Below are positions 1 through 11,446 of a stretch of 32,000 bases of DNA, piece after piece (the first letter of the stretch is position 1; each line of letters opens with the position of its first letter). The DNA is taken from assembly GCF_023585785.1 (NCBI RefSeq), contig NZ_CP097765.1, positions 420,001 to 452,000 on the forward strand, written 5' to 3'. The DNA is from Blochmannia endosymbiont of Camponotus modoc. GTDB taxonomy: Bacteria; Pseudomonadota; Gammaproteobacteria; Enterobacterales; Enterobacteriaceae. Under the pieces are notes generated by a model that saw only the letters and a list, made by a program, of their open reading frames with translations, searched no databases and was not told the DNA's origin. Both the position numbers and the translations under genes were made by a program.

Positions 1-142
1 TAACAAAAAAAAGTGTTTTTTTGAAATAAATGACTTCCATAGACGTTGTATGCTTAATAAAATAGACAATATTAGCTTAACTTTACAATACGATGCTGCT
101 ATTAAAAAATATGAAAATAATCAACCATCATATTTAAAATAA
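1..142 (+). CDS. leuD: 3-isopropylmalate dehydratase small subunit, 3' end only (5' part lies outside the window)
   Basis: Frame 2 is open from the window edge to TAA at 140-142. The translation ...CFFEINDFHRRCMLNKIDNISLTLQYDAAIKKYENNQPSYLK* aligns with my memory of the E. coli LeuD C-terminus (...[35 protein letters not shown]). A 47-codon open frame is unlikely by chance at this AT content. Confidence 0.8.
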   Translation, partial: NKKKCFFEINDFHRRCMLNKIDNISLTLQYDAAIKKYENNQPSYLK

Positions 143-710
143 ATTGTAATAATAAAAATACAAACGTATTAGCATGCATGTGTATGAAAAAAATTTCAAA
201 ATAGTATGGATTAAAATAATTAAAAAATTAATATCAAAATTATTAGGAAATATATATTAAAATAATACGAATCAAATATTGATATACTCTTATATTGCAT
301 GTAAATGCAATAATATAAACATAATCTAAAATGATAGACATTGACTGCTATCTGTTTTTATTTTTATATCACTTAATTAAAAAATGATTTATATAAATAT
401 TTCAATAAATGAAGTCTATTATCAGAAATTAATATTTATTACTAAAAAATGGCGTATGTAAACCAGTAAAATTACAAAATAATTCGAATTTCATGTTACT
501 CTAAGAAACGCGTGTTAGTATGTTTTTTCACATTTAAATGAACCAATATCTATATAGATACAAAACATAAAAACTCATTACTCATTAATTTATAAAAAAT
601 ATTTAAAAAATCATGATAATTAATTAATAAGATAATACTCAGTAATAAATATACCATATAATATACTTATTTATCCAAGCATAAAGAGTTCACATTCTTT
701 TTTAAGCAAC

Positions 711-3080
711 ATGTATCAAAATAGTTTAATCAATGATTATTCAGTTTTTTTTAAAAACACTATCATTAATTCAATTTTTATAATATTTTTTACTCAATTT
801 TATTTTTTGGCTCATGCATCTAATTGTCTGCAAATTCCTATAATCAACAATCTCTTTTCTATTGATCAACCCATCTATGTGTCATCCGATGAACTAGATA
901 TTTATTATCCTAATAAAATTCAGTTTTCTGGAGATGTCAATATGAAACAAGACAATAACATTTTCATGTCCGACAAATTAATAATATCACTTAACGAAAA
1001 AAACGAATTATCATACAATACACTGTATGCTTGTGGCCATGTTAGCTATAACAACAACTATATTATATTAACTGGATCCCATGCTTGGATTAATTTTTAT
1101 AATAAAAATATAGATATTCATGAAGGAACATATCATTTCTTAGAACCCCCTATTCATGGAACAGCAAATTCTATAATGCAAAGAGGAAAAAATCGTTATA
1201 CTATTGTCAAGAAAGGCAAGTGTACTTCTTGTGTTTCAAACAAAAATTATTGGAACATAACAGGATCAGAAATGCTTTATGATCATCATAAACATAACAT
1301 AGATGTATGGAATGCTTGTCTTAAAATAAAAAAAATACCAATATTCTATAGCCCTTATTTGTCACTATCTTTACATCAAAATAATGTCTTAGGGCACTAC
1401 ATACCTGATATTAAATACAGTAGCAAACATGGATTAATCTTTAAAATACCTTACCCTATTAATTTCTCAAAACACTACTCGGGCAGCATCTCTCCATGTT
1501 ATATATCTAACCTAGGAACAAAATTAGAAACAGAAATACGTTACTCAATTAAACCAGGAACTGGATTATTAATTCTAGATCTCGTAGAAAATAATAAAAT
1601 GTGCAATGAAAAATTTCCCAACAATTATCATAACAGATATTGGCAATTATATTGGAAACATAATGGTATTATGAATAAAAAATGGCATCTTAATTCTCAT
1701 TATATCTCAACTACAGGTTCCAATAATTATATTGAAAATGTCAATATACCAACATACACACACTCTAATAATAATTGTATGAACCAAAAAATACTGTGCA
1801 ATTATACTGATAAAAATTGGAACGCTAATTTATCTTATTTTGGTATCACGAATATTAATATCACGACAATTAAAGACTGTTATAATTACAACGAATCGTT
1901 CCAGCTAGAATTACATTCATATTATGATAACATCAAGCATAAACCATTGAATTTAAAGTTATTTAGTCAAATAACCCAATTTATACCTGTAAATTATCAT
2001 TATCCAAAAACAATCAGAATCCACACGGAACCAACTTTAGATTTATCAATAAATAATTATTATGGCCATTTTAATACTGAAGCCAAATTAAAAATAACAC
2101 ATTATCGACAAAAAAATATAAATCATTATAAAAGAACACAGTATCCGGACTATCATTTACAAAATATAGTTAATCGTATCATCCCGCAACTAAAAATCAA
2201 CGGAAAGATGATTTTAAAAAAAAACACGCATATTTCAAAAAAATATAAACGTTTCTTAGAACCAAAATTACAATATTTATATGTACCATATCGTTTTCAA
2301 GAAAACATTGGTATCTATGATACTGATATGATTCATATAGATCATAAAAATTTATTTCTTGACACTACATATAGTGGATTGGATCGTATTTTACCTGTTA
2401 ATCAAATTACAGGAGATATAACCATACGATGCTTTAAGAAAAAAAAAGAATTATTTTATGCATCTATAGGTCAAATTTTTAATTTAAGACAACTTAATTC
2501 CGAATATATAAAAATATCTAAATGCACACAAAAAACTCCTAATATCCTGTTATTTTCAGGAATAAGTCATTGGAATATTAACGATTACTGGCATATGAAC
2601 ACCGAAATGCAATATGATACGCAGCATCATACATTATCATTTGGAACTGTAATATTAGAATATACAGGCAAAGACAATCAAGTTTTACAAACAAACTATA
2701 GATATGCCAACGAACAATATCTTAAAAAAATACTACCAGATATTAAAGAATCAATATATCACAACACAATTGCTCAATTAGGCGTACTCGCTTGTTATCC
2801 TTTAATTGATAATTGGAAAATAAGCTGTTCACATTACCATAATATAAAAACTAATCAACTCATTGATCAAACAATAGGAATACAGTATTATACGCCATGT
2901 TGGGGGGTTAATGTATCTTGTGAGCGAAAAATGATTGATTGGAACAAACGATTGAACCGCAATACATATGATAATAAAATACGATTAGATATCAAAATAT
3001 ATAACTCTACATCAGATTTTAAAGCAAACCCATATAAGATGTTGGACATAGGCGTCTTTCCATATCAACATACACTTTAA
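711..3080 (+). CDS. lptD: LPS-assembly outer membrane protein LptD (Imp/OstA)
   Basis: 789-aa ORF. N-terminal signal peptide ends in AHA-SNC. The C-terminus ...[18 protein letters not shown]...VFPYQHTL parallels E. coli LptD ...GVQYSSCCYAIRVGYERK...ILPYQNTL. The [13 protein letters not shown] motif matches E. coli [13 protein letters not shown]. Length is close to E. coli (about 784 aa) and the gene sits upstream of surA as in E. coli. Confidence 0.93.
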   Translation: MYQNSLINDYSVFFKNTIINSIFIIFFTQFYFLAHASNCLQIPIINNLFSIDQPIYVSSDELDIYYPNKIQFSGDVNMKQDNNIFMSDKLIISLNEKNELSYNTLYACGHVSYNNNYIILTGSHAWINFYNKNIDIHEGTYHFLEPPIHGTANSIMQRGKNRYTIVKKGKCTSCVSNKNYWNITGSEMLYDHHKHNIDVWNACLKIKKIPIFYSPYLSLSLHQNNVLGHYIPDIKYSSKHGLIFKIPYPINFSKHYSGSISPCYISNLGTKLETEIRYSIKPGTGLLILDLVENNKMCNEKFPNNYHNRYWQLYWKHNGIMNKKWHLNSHYISTTGSNNYIENVNIPTYTHSNNNCMNQKILCNYTDKNWNANLSYFGITNINITTIKDCYNYNESFQLELHSYYDNIKHKPLNLKLFSQITQFIPVNYHYPKTIRIHTEPTLDLSINNYYGHFNTEAKLKITHYRQKNINHYKRTQYPDYHLQNIVNRIIPQLKINGKMILKKNTHISKKYKRFLEPKLQYLYVPYRFQENIGIYDTDMIHIDHKNLFLDTTYSGLDRILPVNQITGDITIRCFKKKKELFYASIGQIFNLRQLNSEYIKISKCTQKTPNILLFSGISHWNINDYWHMNTEMQYDTQHHTLSFGTVILEYTGKDNQVLQTNYRYANEQYLKKILPDIKESIYHNTIAQLGVLACYPLIDNWKISCSHYHNIKTNQLIDQTIGIQYYTPCWGVNVSCERKMIDWNKRLNRNTYDNKIRLDIKIYNSTSDFKANPYKMLDIGVFPYQHTL

Positions 3081-3130
3081 CCTTAAATATCGCGCGAAAT
3101 CAAATTCGTGCTTATAATATTGTTAATCAT

Positions 3131-4408
3131 ATGAAATTTTGGAAAATATTAATTCTAATATTTACGTTAAAAACAAATATTGTTCTTGGAGTATTAAAAA
3201 CGGTAGATAAAATTGTAGCATTAGTGAATCACAATATTATATTAGATAGTGATATCAGAAATAATATTTATATGATTCAAGATAACATCTCTAATAGCAA
3301 CGACAATATATTACAAGATATTTCATATTATCAAAAAATATTAGATCAATTAATCATAGACAACCTCATTTTCCAAATTTCTGATCAACAAAAAATCAAC
3401 ATTGACCACAATCAACTTAATCAAATGATCAATTGTATTTTAAATTTATATAATATGACATTCGATCAGTTTCGTTCATACCTATATGATCTTGGATTAA
3501 ATTACGAAAAATTTTATTTCCAACAATATCAAAATATGCTTAAAAAGCAAATATGTGATCATGTTATGCATGATCGTGCTCATATATTGACAAATGAAAT
3601 AAATAAAATTGCCAAAAAATCAAATATTATTGATATTAATAAGCAATTTAAATTAAAGCACGTTATATTTTCATTACCAATACAACCCACTCAAAGCCAA
3701 ATAGATAGAATAGAATATTTTGCAAGATTATTAATTAAAAAAAAAGAATTTAACAATAATATTACAGAACTCATACGCACATATTCTAATAAAAATATTA
3801 TTCAAATAATTAAAGTACATGAAACAGAATGGGTTTCATGGAAAGACATACCAATTATTTTTGATAAATATTTACAAAAAATAAACAAAGGCGATGTTAT
3901 CGGTCCAATTACATCTTGCGATGGAATACATATTGTAGAAATACAAGATATACGTTATAAACAAATTATGCTGCCTGTAACTAAAGTTACAGCAAAAATA
4001 TTTGGTATGAAAAATTCATGCGAAAATGTAAACATAGTAGAACAACTGTTACAAACTAAAGAACACATGGAAAAAAGTAATACTGCTTTTGGAATGATGA
4101 TTAAAAAAAAATCAAAAGATATATGTTTTAGTCATTACGAAGAAAATACAATATGCAAGGATTTAGATGATTTCGAGCCGTCAATCCGAAAAGTTTTGAG
4201 TTCTTTAAAAAACAATGAAATTAGTATACCAGTATACACCTCTTGCGGATGGCGTTTAGTTCAATTAATAGATATATCTATATTAGAATATAATGAAATA
4301 ATGTATGAACGTGCTTATTTATATTTATTAAATAACAAATTTGATGAAATTATGAAAAATTGGATTCAAGAATTACGATCCGAATCATATATTAAGATCA
4401 TTCACTAA
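3131..4408 (+). CDS. surA: periplasmic chaperone SurA (parvulin-family PPIase domains, diverged)
   Basis: 425-aa ORF with a signal peptide. [18 protein letters not shown] matches E. coli [41 protein letters not shown] matches the E. coli parvulin-1 segment. Position is lptD-surA-pdxA as in E. coli. Confidence 0.9.
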   Translation: MKFWKILILIFTLKTNIVLGVLKTVDKIVALVNHNIILDSDIRNNIYMIQDNISNSNDNILQDISYYQKILDQLIIDNLIFQISDQQKINIDHNQLNQMINCILNLYNMTFDQFRSYLYDLGLNYEKFYFQQYQNMLKKQICDHVMHDRAHILTNEINKIAKKSNIIDINKQFKLKHVIFSLPIQPTQSQIDRIEYFARLLIKKKEFNNNITELIRTYSNKNIIQIIKVHETEWVSWKDIPIIFDKYLQKINKGDVIGPITSCDGIHIVEIQDIRYKQIMLPVTKVTAKIFGMKNSCENVNIVEQLLQTKEHMEKSNTAFGMMIKKKSKDICFSHYEENTICKDLDDFEPSIRKVLSSLKNNEISIPVYTSCGWRLVQLIDISILEYNEIMYERAYLYLLNNKFDEIMKNWIQELRSESYIKIIH

Positions 4409-4409
4409 A

Positions 4410-5429
4410 ATGATAAAAAAAAATAAACAATTTCGACGCATTGTGGTTACTACGGGAGAACCGGCTGGAATCGGCCCTGACATAGTTATTATGAGCGCAC
4501 AAAAGAAATGGCCTGTAGAGTTAGTTGTGTGTGCAGATCCTAATCTGCTATTAGATAGAGCGAAGCAAATAAATCTGCCTCTAAGATTACGTTCTTACTA
4601 TTCTAAAAAAATAGCATCTCCTTGTATGCCCGGAGAATTATCTATATTAAAAATGTTACTTCCACAAAAAACTATACCTGGTCAATTAGATGTTAATAAT
4701 AATAATTATGTTATTAATACTTTAACAAGAGCATCACAAGGATGTTTAAATGGGGAATTTTCAGCATTAGTGACTGGTCCTATACATAAAGCTATTCTTA
4801 ATAAAGGAAACATAGCATTCAGTGGGCACACTGAATTTTTATCTCAAATCAACAAATGCGAAACAACTGTAATGATGCTAAGTAATAGAAAATTACGTGT
4901 TGCTTTAGCCACTACCCATATACCTATATTATCTGTTCCAAAGATGATTACTCAAAAATCTCTTTGCGATACTATTTCCATTCTTGCACAAGGATTAAAA
5001 AAATACTTTGGTGTTTCACGCCCTAAAATTTATATATGCGGTTTAAATCCACATTCTGGAGAATCCGGCTATATAGGACAAGAAGAGATTGATATCATTA
5101 TACCTGCTTTAAATATTTCAAAGAAAAAAGTTAATTGCGAACTAATAGGTCCTTTGTCAGCTGATACAATATTTCAGAAAAAATATATTCAACATGCAGA
5201 CGTAATATTAGCTATGTATCATGATCAAGGTTTACCTGTTTTAAAATATTCTGGATTTGGTCAATCAGTAAATATTACTTTAGGATTGCCTTTTATTAGA
5301 ACCTCTGTAGATCACGGTACTGCTCTTGAACTATCTGGAAAAGGAACAGCGCTACCTGATAGTATGATTATGGCTATTACAGTTGCAATTAAAATGCTGA
5401 GTCATCTTTATGAAAAAAATATACTATAA
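4410..5429 (+). CDS. pdxA: 4-hydroxythreonine-4-phosphate dehydrogenase PdxA
   Basis: 339-aa ORF. The N-terminus ...RIVVTTGEPAGIGPDIV...KWPVELVVCADPNLL matches E. coli PdxA (RVVITPGEPAGIGPDLV...EWPVELVVCADATLL). The ATG lies 1 nt after the surA stop codon. Confidence 0.95.
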   Translation: MIKKNKQFRRIVVTTGEPAGIGPDIVIMSAQKKWPVELVVCADPNLLLDRAKQINLPLRLRSYYSKKIASPCMPGELSILKMLLPQKTIPGQLDVNNNNYVINTLTRASQGCLNGEFSALVTGPIHKAILNKGNIAFSGHTEFLSQINKCETTVMMLSNRKLRVALATTHIPILSVPKMITQKSLCDTISILAQGLKKYFGVSRPKIYICGLNPHSGESGYIGQEEIDIIIPALNISKKKVNCELIGPLSADTIFQKKYIQHADVILAMYHDQGLPVLKYSGFGQSVNITLGLPFIRTSVDHGTALELSGKGTALPDSMIMAITVAIKMLSHLYEKNIL

Positions 5430-6213
5430 AAATCACCTTATAAAAAAAAAATGGAGCCAAGTATTCCTTAAAGACCAAAATATTATTGATACTATTGTTA
5501 AAGCAATTAATCCTAAAAAACATCAAAAAATACTAGAAATTGGACCCGGATTAGGTGCGTTAACTAAACAAATTCTAAATACTGCAGATCTCGATTCTTT
5601 AATATTAATAGAACGTGATTCAAACTTAGTCAATCGATTAGTTCAAATGTTTAACAAAAAAATTAATATTCTTCATCAAGATATAATGACAACAAATTTT
5701 TTTGATTTATCACATAAATTTGGGCAAAAACTACGATTAATAGGAAATTTACCCTATAACATAGCCACAGAATTAATCGTGTATTTATTCCAATACACCA
5801 ATGTAATTTACGATATGCATTTCATGTTTCAAAAAGAAGTAGCTACACGACTTTACTCAAATCCTAATAAAAAAGAATATGGCAGACTAAGCATAATAAC
5901 ACAATATCATTGTAAAGTCGTTCCATTGTTAACGATACCAGCAACTTCTTTCTTTCCTATCCCAAAAGTAGAATCTATGGTAATACGTCTACTCCCCCAC
6001 GCAAACACTCCCTATCCAATAGTTAATATTGAACAACTATCTTCGCTGACAAAATTAGCTTTTAGCCAAAGACGAAAAACGCTTCGCAACAGCTTATCCA
6101 CATTTTTTAACGAAACAGAAATAACACGAAAAGGAATAAATCCGGCACTGCGAGCAGAAAACATTACTATTAATCAATACTGTACATTAGCAAATATGTT
6201 AAATAACGAATAA
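5410..6213 (+). CDS. rsmA: 16S rRNA (adenine1518/1519-N6)-dimethyltransferase RsmA/KsgA
   Basis: 267-aa ORF. KKKWSQVFLKDQNIIDTIV...EIGPGLGALT (SAM-binding motif) matches E. coli KsgA RKRFGQNFLNDQFVIDSIV...EIGPGLAALT. It overlaps the pdxA 3' end by 20 nt. Confidence 0.95.
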   Translation: MKKIYYKNHLIKKKWSQVFLKDQNIIDTIVKAINPKKHQKILEIGPGLGALTKQILNTADLDSLILIERDSNLVNRLVQMFNKKINILHQDIMTTNFFDLSHKFGQKLRLIGNLPYNIATELIVYLFQYTNVIYDMHFMFQKEVATRLYSNPNKKEYGRLSIITQYHCKVVPLLTIPATSFFPIPKVESMVIRLLPHANTPYPIVNIEQLSSLTKLAFSQRRKTLRNSLSTFFNETEITRKGINPALRAENITINQYCTLANMLNNE

Positions 6214-6606
6214 ACTTACTGATATAATGTTTTTATTATAACTAGTATTATTATTTTATAATTGTATTTCAACTGAAAAAATGTTATACATCTATTTTTA
6301 TTAAATTAATATATACAATTGAATTATGATATCCTTGTTTAAACAACACTGTAAGTCGATACCACAATAGTATAAGACTTTTTTTTTAACACAAAAATGT
6401 TTAAAATAAATTAGTTTCTATTGTAATGAAAAAAAATTATTTACTAAAAGAAGCATATTTTCATATTTTATAAAATATATTTTTTATTATACAAATAATC
6501 CTTTTCTAAAAAGGAAAGTTTATACTTAATACAAAATATTAAAAATATTATGATATATATGTATTTGATCAATTTTTATTATAAAAAAAATCTATAATCA
6601 CCCCAA

Positions 6607-7434
6607 ATGTCTACTTATTTTATCGGAGATGTCCACGGATGTTACAAACAGTTACAAACTATACTAGATCGTGTATGCTTTAATCCTAAAGTTGATACTC
6701 TACATTTTACCGGAGATTTAATCGCCAGAGGACCAAATTCATTAGAGGTATTGCGTTTAGTCTATGAATTTAAAACAAGTGCTTCCATAGTATTAGGTAA
6801 TCATGAATTACATTTATTAAAAACATATTTTGGAATAAATAGTAGACAACGTAAAGATTATTTTGATGCTATATTCAATGCTCCAGATCTAGAAGAATTA
6901 ATCAATTGGTTACGTCATCAACCTATGTTATACATAGATGAAAACAAAAAGATATTAATGACCCACGCAGGTATTAGTCCTAATTGGAATATTAGGAATA
7001 CTAAAAAATATGCCCAAGAAATAGAAGAAATTTTAATTAGCGACCATTATTTTCTGCTTTTTAAAAAAGACATACGTGACAATATATTCGATATGTATCA
7101 GATACATAATGATAAATTAAAACAAATACAAGAAAATATTAATGTATTCACACGAATGCGTTATATTTATTTAAATGGTCAATTAGATTTAAAATACAAA
7201 GGAGCTCCTAAAGATGCCCCAAAAAATATATATCCGTGGTTTTCTTTAAACAAATTAGTTGATCCCGCATATAATATAATTTTTGGTCATTGGGCATCTT
7301 TAGGAGAAATAGAAATACCGTCTTCATCTGGTATTTATGGATTAGATTCTGGTTGTTGTTGGGGAGGGGCACTGACCTTATTGCGATGGGAAGACAAAAA
7401 AGTTGTATGCATACCTTGTGACTCATCTATTTAG
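6607..7434 (+). CDS. apaH: bis(5'-nucleosyl)-tetraphosphatase (symmetrical) ApaH
   Basis: 275-aa ORF. MSTYFIGDVHGCY...FTGDLIARGP...LGNHELHLL are metallophosphatase motifs and align with E. coli ApaH MATYLIGDVHGCY...LTGDLVARGP...LGNHDLHLL. Confidence 0.95.
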   Translation: MSTYFIGDVHGCYKQLQTILDRVCFNPKVDTLHFTGDLIARGPNSLEVLRLVYEFKTSASIVLGNHELHLLKTYFGINSRQRKDYFDAIFNAPDLEELINWLRHQPMLYIDENKKILMTHAGISPNWNIRNTKKYAQEIEEILISDHYFLLFKKDIRDNIFDMYQIHNDKLKQIQENINVFTRMRYIYLNGQLDLKYKGAPKDAPKNIYPWFSLNKLVDPAYNIIFGHWASLGEIEIPSSSGIYGLDSGCCWGGALTLLRWEDKKVVCIPCDSSI

Positions 7435-7595
7435 CTTAAAACATAATCAAATTTGACGATTATTTATACATATTCTATACAAATAAAAATAAATTAATTG
7501 CCATGTTTTAATTGTCGCTCTTTTAAAAATAATTTATTAATATGAAATATTAGTTTCATTAATATAATTTTCATTATTAACCATAATAGTTTTTA

Positions 7596-8090
7596 TTAAC
7601 AGCGTTCTAAAATAGAAAAATGCAAATAACAAAAACAGTCCTCTCTAACTTTATAAAAACTATTAAAAATAGATTGCCATTCTCTTATATCGTAATCAGG
7701 AAACAAAGTGTCACCATCAATTTCAACCATGTTATGAATATATGTTAAATACAAGCGTTGCGCATGAGGTAAAAAAATATTGTATATTTCACTTCCGCCA
7801 ATTATCATGACTTCATATGCGTCCTGTATTAAAGATAAAGCTTCATCTATATTTTCTACTACAAAAACACCATTATAATCATTTAATAAATTGCGACTTA
7901 AAACAATATTCAATCTATTTAATAATGGTTTCTTGCCTATAGACTCAAATGTTTTGCGCCCCATAATAATTGGCTTATATAAAGTATGATATTTAAACCA
8001 CTGAATATCTATAGGTAAATACCAAGGAATAACATTTTTTTTTCCAATTATATGATTGGTAGTCAAAGCGGCAATTAAGCTAATAATCAT
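7596..8090 (-). CDS. folA: dihydrofolate reductase
   Basis: 164-aa ORF. MIISLIAALTTNHIIGKKNVIPWYLPIDIQWFKYHTLYKPIIMGRKTFESIG aligns with E. coli DHFR [51 protein letters not shown]. Confidence 0.95.
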   Translation of the reverse strand: MIISLIAALTTNHIIGKKNVIPWYLPIDIQWFKYHTLYKPIIMGRKTFESIGKKPLLNRLNIVLSRNLLNDYNGVFVVENIDEALSLIQDAYEVMIIGGSEIYNIFLPHAQRLYLTYIHNMVEIDGDTLFPDYDIREWQSIFNSFYKVREDCFCYLHFSILERC

Positions 8091-8199
8091 TTAGGCACAA
8101 TATTCAATATGTACGTCAAATTATAAAATACTTTTTAATTAAATTGTAATTACAGAAACATACAAAGTATAATTCTGCAATTATATACCAATTATAGTG

Positions 8200-11100
8200 T
8201 TAATGTACTATTTTAGAATGCATATCTTGAAGTGATACCACATGTTCTGTAGTATCAACAGCTAATGACATAGCTGCAGCAAAACTTCCATTCATTGTAG
8301 TAATATAATAGACGTTATGTCGCAGCGCGATTTGGCACAATAATGTAGCACAATCATTACTAATATTGTCTGTTAAGGTAGTATCAACAATATAACTATA
8401 TCCACCATTCTTAATTTTTTTGTGAATATATGCATGAGTTACATGCACTGGTCTAATCATCTGAGAAACAAGACCAACACTTTTTAGTATCTTCGCTGTT
8501 TCACATGTAACATCCAACATAAAACCATTTTTAATAAATTTAGTAACTAAATCTACTGCTTTATCCGTATCTTTATTAGATAATGATAATAATACATCGC
8601 CATTTTTTTTCATATAAAACTGACTACTTAATGTTGCTTTAGCAAATGCTTCTTCAAAAGTACGTCCAATGCCCATTACTTCTCCTGTAGATCTCATTTC
8701 TGGGCCTAACTTTGGATTCATTTCAATAAATTTATTAAATGGTAATACTACCTCCTTCACTGAAAAATAAGGAGGAATTACTTCTTTTAAAATACCTTGA
8801 TCCAACAAAGATTGCCCAATCATTACTCGGGTTCCAATTTTTGCTAACGCCATACCAGTGGCTTTAGATACAAAAGGAACTGTACGTGATGCTCTTGGAT
8901 TAATCTCAATTATATAAATTTCATCTTTTTGTATTGCAAATTGTATATTTACCAAGCCTTTTATATTAAATTTAAATGCTAGTTCTTTTACTTGATAACG
9001 TATTCTGTCCTGAATATTTTTGCTTAACGTATGCGCTGGCAAAGAACACGCTGAGTCTCCAGAATGTATTCCTGCGTATTCGATATGCTCCATAATTCCC
9101 CCTATAAACACCTGTTTTCCATCGCAAATTGCATCTACATCTACTTCTATCGCATTTTCTAAAAAACTATCTAACAAAACTGGTGCATTATTAGATGCTG
9201 ATATAGCATTTTTAAAATAGAATAATAATTCTTTTTCATTGTATACTATTTCCATAGCCCTACCTCCCAAAACATAAGAAGGCCTAACTACTATGGGGTA
9301 CCCTATATTTTTAGCTTTTTTTAAAGCTGATTGTATAGATGTAACAGTAGCGTTATCTGGTTGTTGTAAACCTAAACATTTTATTGATCGTTGAAATCGT
9401 TCTCTGTTTTCAGCTTGGTCAATTGCGTCTGGACTCGTTCCTATAATAGATATCCCAGCTGCTTCCATTTCTTTAACCAATTTTAATGGAGTTTGACCTC
9501 CATATTGAACAATCACACCTGTTGGTTTATTTATACGTATAATTTCTAAGATATCTTCTAATGTAATTGGTTCAAAATAAAGAATATCCGATATGTCATA
9601 ATCAGTAGATACAGTTTCAGGATTGCAATTCACCATAATTACATGATATCCGTTTTCACGTAATGTCATTGCTGCATGGACACAACAATAATCAAATTCA
9701 ATACCCTGACCAATGCGATTGGGTCCCCCTCCTAATATCATTATAGTTTTATTTGTGTGATTAAATTGAAATTCACATTCACCATCGTAAGTAGAATACA
9801 TATAAGAAGTATTAGTAGAAAATTCTGCCGCGCATGCATCTACATGTTTATACACAGGATGTATATCATATATACATCTTAATGTACGGATCTTATTTTC
9901 TGATACTCCTGTCAATTGCCCCAATCTTGCATCAGAAAACCCTTTCTTTTTAAGACAATATAATCGATTCTTGTCAAGACATGATATACCTTCCGATATT
10001 ACATCGTTCTCTAATTGTACTAATTCTTGAATTTGAACTAAAAACCAACGGTCGATATTAGTTAAATGAAAAACTTGTTCTAAAGATATACCGTAGCGAA
10101 AAGCATCAGCAATATACCATATTCGATTACTGCTAGCATTTTTTAATTCATATACAATAATACTAAACGCTTTAGGGTGATCTAAATTAATTTTAGAATC
10201 TAGTCCCATTACTCCTATTTCTAATCCGCGTATTGCTTTCTGCAAAGATTCTTGTTGGCTACGACCAATTGCCATCACTTCACCCACTGATTTCATTTGA
10301 GTTGTCAGTTTATTGTGTCGCTCTGGAAATTTTTCAAAATTAAAACGCGGAATTTTAGTTACTACATAATCGATTGATGGTTCAAAAGATGCGGGAATAC
10401 AACCACTGGTAATATCATTTGATAATTCATCCAGAGTATACCCCACTGCTAACTTAGAAGCTATTTTTGCTATAGGAAATCCAGTTGCTTTCGAAGCTAG
10501 CGCTGATGATCGCGACACTCTCGGATTCATTTCAACAACGATAAGCCTTCCGTTATTTGGATTGACCGCAAATTGTACATTAGCTCCTCCAGTCTCTACT
10601 CCAATTTCACGTAACACCATTATTGAAGCATTTCTCATGATTTGATATTCCTTATCGGTCAAAGTTTGAGCTGGCGCCACAGTAATAGAATCACCAGTAT
10701 GAATACCCATGGGATCAACGTTTTCTATAGAACACACAATTATACAATTGTCTTTAATATCACGTATTACTTCCATTTCATACTCCTTCCAACCAATTAA
10801 AGATTCATCAATTAAAAGTGCATGATGAGGATATGAATCTAATCCGTATCTGCAAAGTTTTTCAAATTCTTCTTGAGTACAAGCAACACCGCCTCCGCTT
10901 CCTCCTAAAGTAAAAGAAGGACGAATAATGCAGGGTAACCCGATTTTTTCCAAAACCATCATAGCTTCATCTATGTCGCGTGCAACACCAGATCGCGCTG
11001 TTTCTAAGCTAATTTTTTTCATAGATTCACGAAATTTTTGACGATCTTCTGCCTTACAAATAGAATCTATCGTTGCTCCAATTGTTATTATATTAAATTT

Positions 11101-11427
11101 TCTTAAAATTCCGTGACGTTCTAAATCTAAAGTACAATTCAAAGCAGTTTGTCCACCCATAGTTGAGAGCAGTGCATCCGGATGTTCTTTTTCAATAATC
11201 TTATGTATTATTTTCCATTGAATCGCTTCGATATAAGTAACATCAGCCATATCAGGGTCCGTCATAATTGTAGCAGGATTAGAATTTACTAAAATAATAC
11301 GATATCCTTCTTCACGTAACGCTTTACAAGCTTGTGCACCAGAGTAATCAAATTCACAGGCTTGACCGATAACTATTGGTCCAGCTCCTAATAGTAAGAT
11401 GCTGTGTATATCGGTTCTTTTTGGCAT
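8200..11427 (-). CDS. carB: carbamoyl-phosphate synthase large subunit
   Basis: 1075-aa [60 protein letters not shown] is near-identical to E. coli CarB. It has duplicated ATP-grasp halves (second half ...[22 protein letters not shown]...). It sits immediately downstream of carA. Confidence 0.98.
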   Translation of the reverse strand: MPKRTDIHSILLLGAGPIVIGQACEFDYSGAQACKALREEGYRIILVNSNPATIMTDPDMADVTYIEAIQWKIIHKIIEKEHPDALLSTMGGQTALNCTLDLERHGILRKFNIITIGATIDSICKAEDRQKFRESMKKISLETARSGVARDIDEAMMVLEKIGLPCIIRPSFTLGGSGGGVACTQEEFEKLCRYGLDSYPHHALLIDESLIGWKEYEMEVIRDIKDNCIIVCSIENVDPMGIHTGDSITVAPAQTLTDKEYQIMRNASIMVLREIGVETGGANVQFAVNPNNGRLIVVEMNPRVSRSSALASKATGFPIAKIASKLAVGYTLDELSNDITSGCIPASFEPSIDYVVTKIPRFNFEKFPERHNKLTTQMKSVGEVMAIGRSQQESLQKAIRGLEIGVMGLDSKINLDHPKAFSIIVYELKNASSNRIWYIADAFRYGISLEQVFHLTNIDRWFLVQIQELVQLENDVISEGISCLDKNRLYCLKKKGFSDARLGQLTGVSENKIRTLRCIYDIHPVYKHVDACAAEFSTNTSYMYSTYDGECEFQFNHTNKTIMILGGGPNRIGQGIEFDYCCVHAAMTLRENGYHVIMVNCNPETVSTDYDISDILYFEPITLEDILEIIRINKPTGVIVQYGGQTPLKLVKEMEAAGISIIGTSPDAIDQAENRERFQRSIKCLGLQQPDNATVTSIQSALKKAKNIGYPIVVRPSYVLGGRAMEIVYNEKELLFYFKNAISASNNAPVLLDSFLENAIEVDVDAICDGKQVFIGGIMEHIEYAGIHSGDSACSLPAHTLSKNIQDRIRYQVKELAFKFNIKGLVNIQFAIQKDEIYIIEINPRASRTVPFVSKATGMALAKIGTRVMIGQSLLDQGILKEVIPPYFSVKEVVLPFNKFIEMNPKLGPEMRSTGEVMGIGRTFEEAFAKATLSSQFYMKKNGDVLLSLSNKDTDKAVDLVTKFIKNGFMLDVTCETAKILKSVGLVSQMIRPVHVTHAYIHKKIKNGGYSYIVDTTLTDNISNDCATLLCQIALRHNVYYITTMNGSFAAAMSLAVDTTEHVVSLQDMHSKIVH

Positions 11428-11446
11428 ATTTATACTCTCAAACTTA

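Noticed and set aside
7208-7426. 72-aa ORF on the minus strand inside apaH
   Set aside because: It is entirely antisense to the well-supported apaH CDS. It has no recognisable motifs or ribosome-binding site, and its low-complexity composition is typical of shadow ORFs.
9020-9220. 66-aa plus-strand ORF inside carB
   Set aside because: It is antisense to the highly conserved carB and shows no homology signal. It is a shadow ORF in a relatively GC-richer gene.
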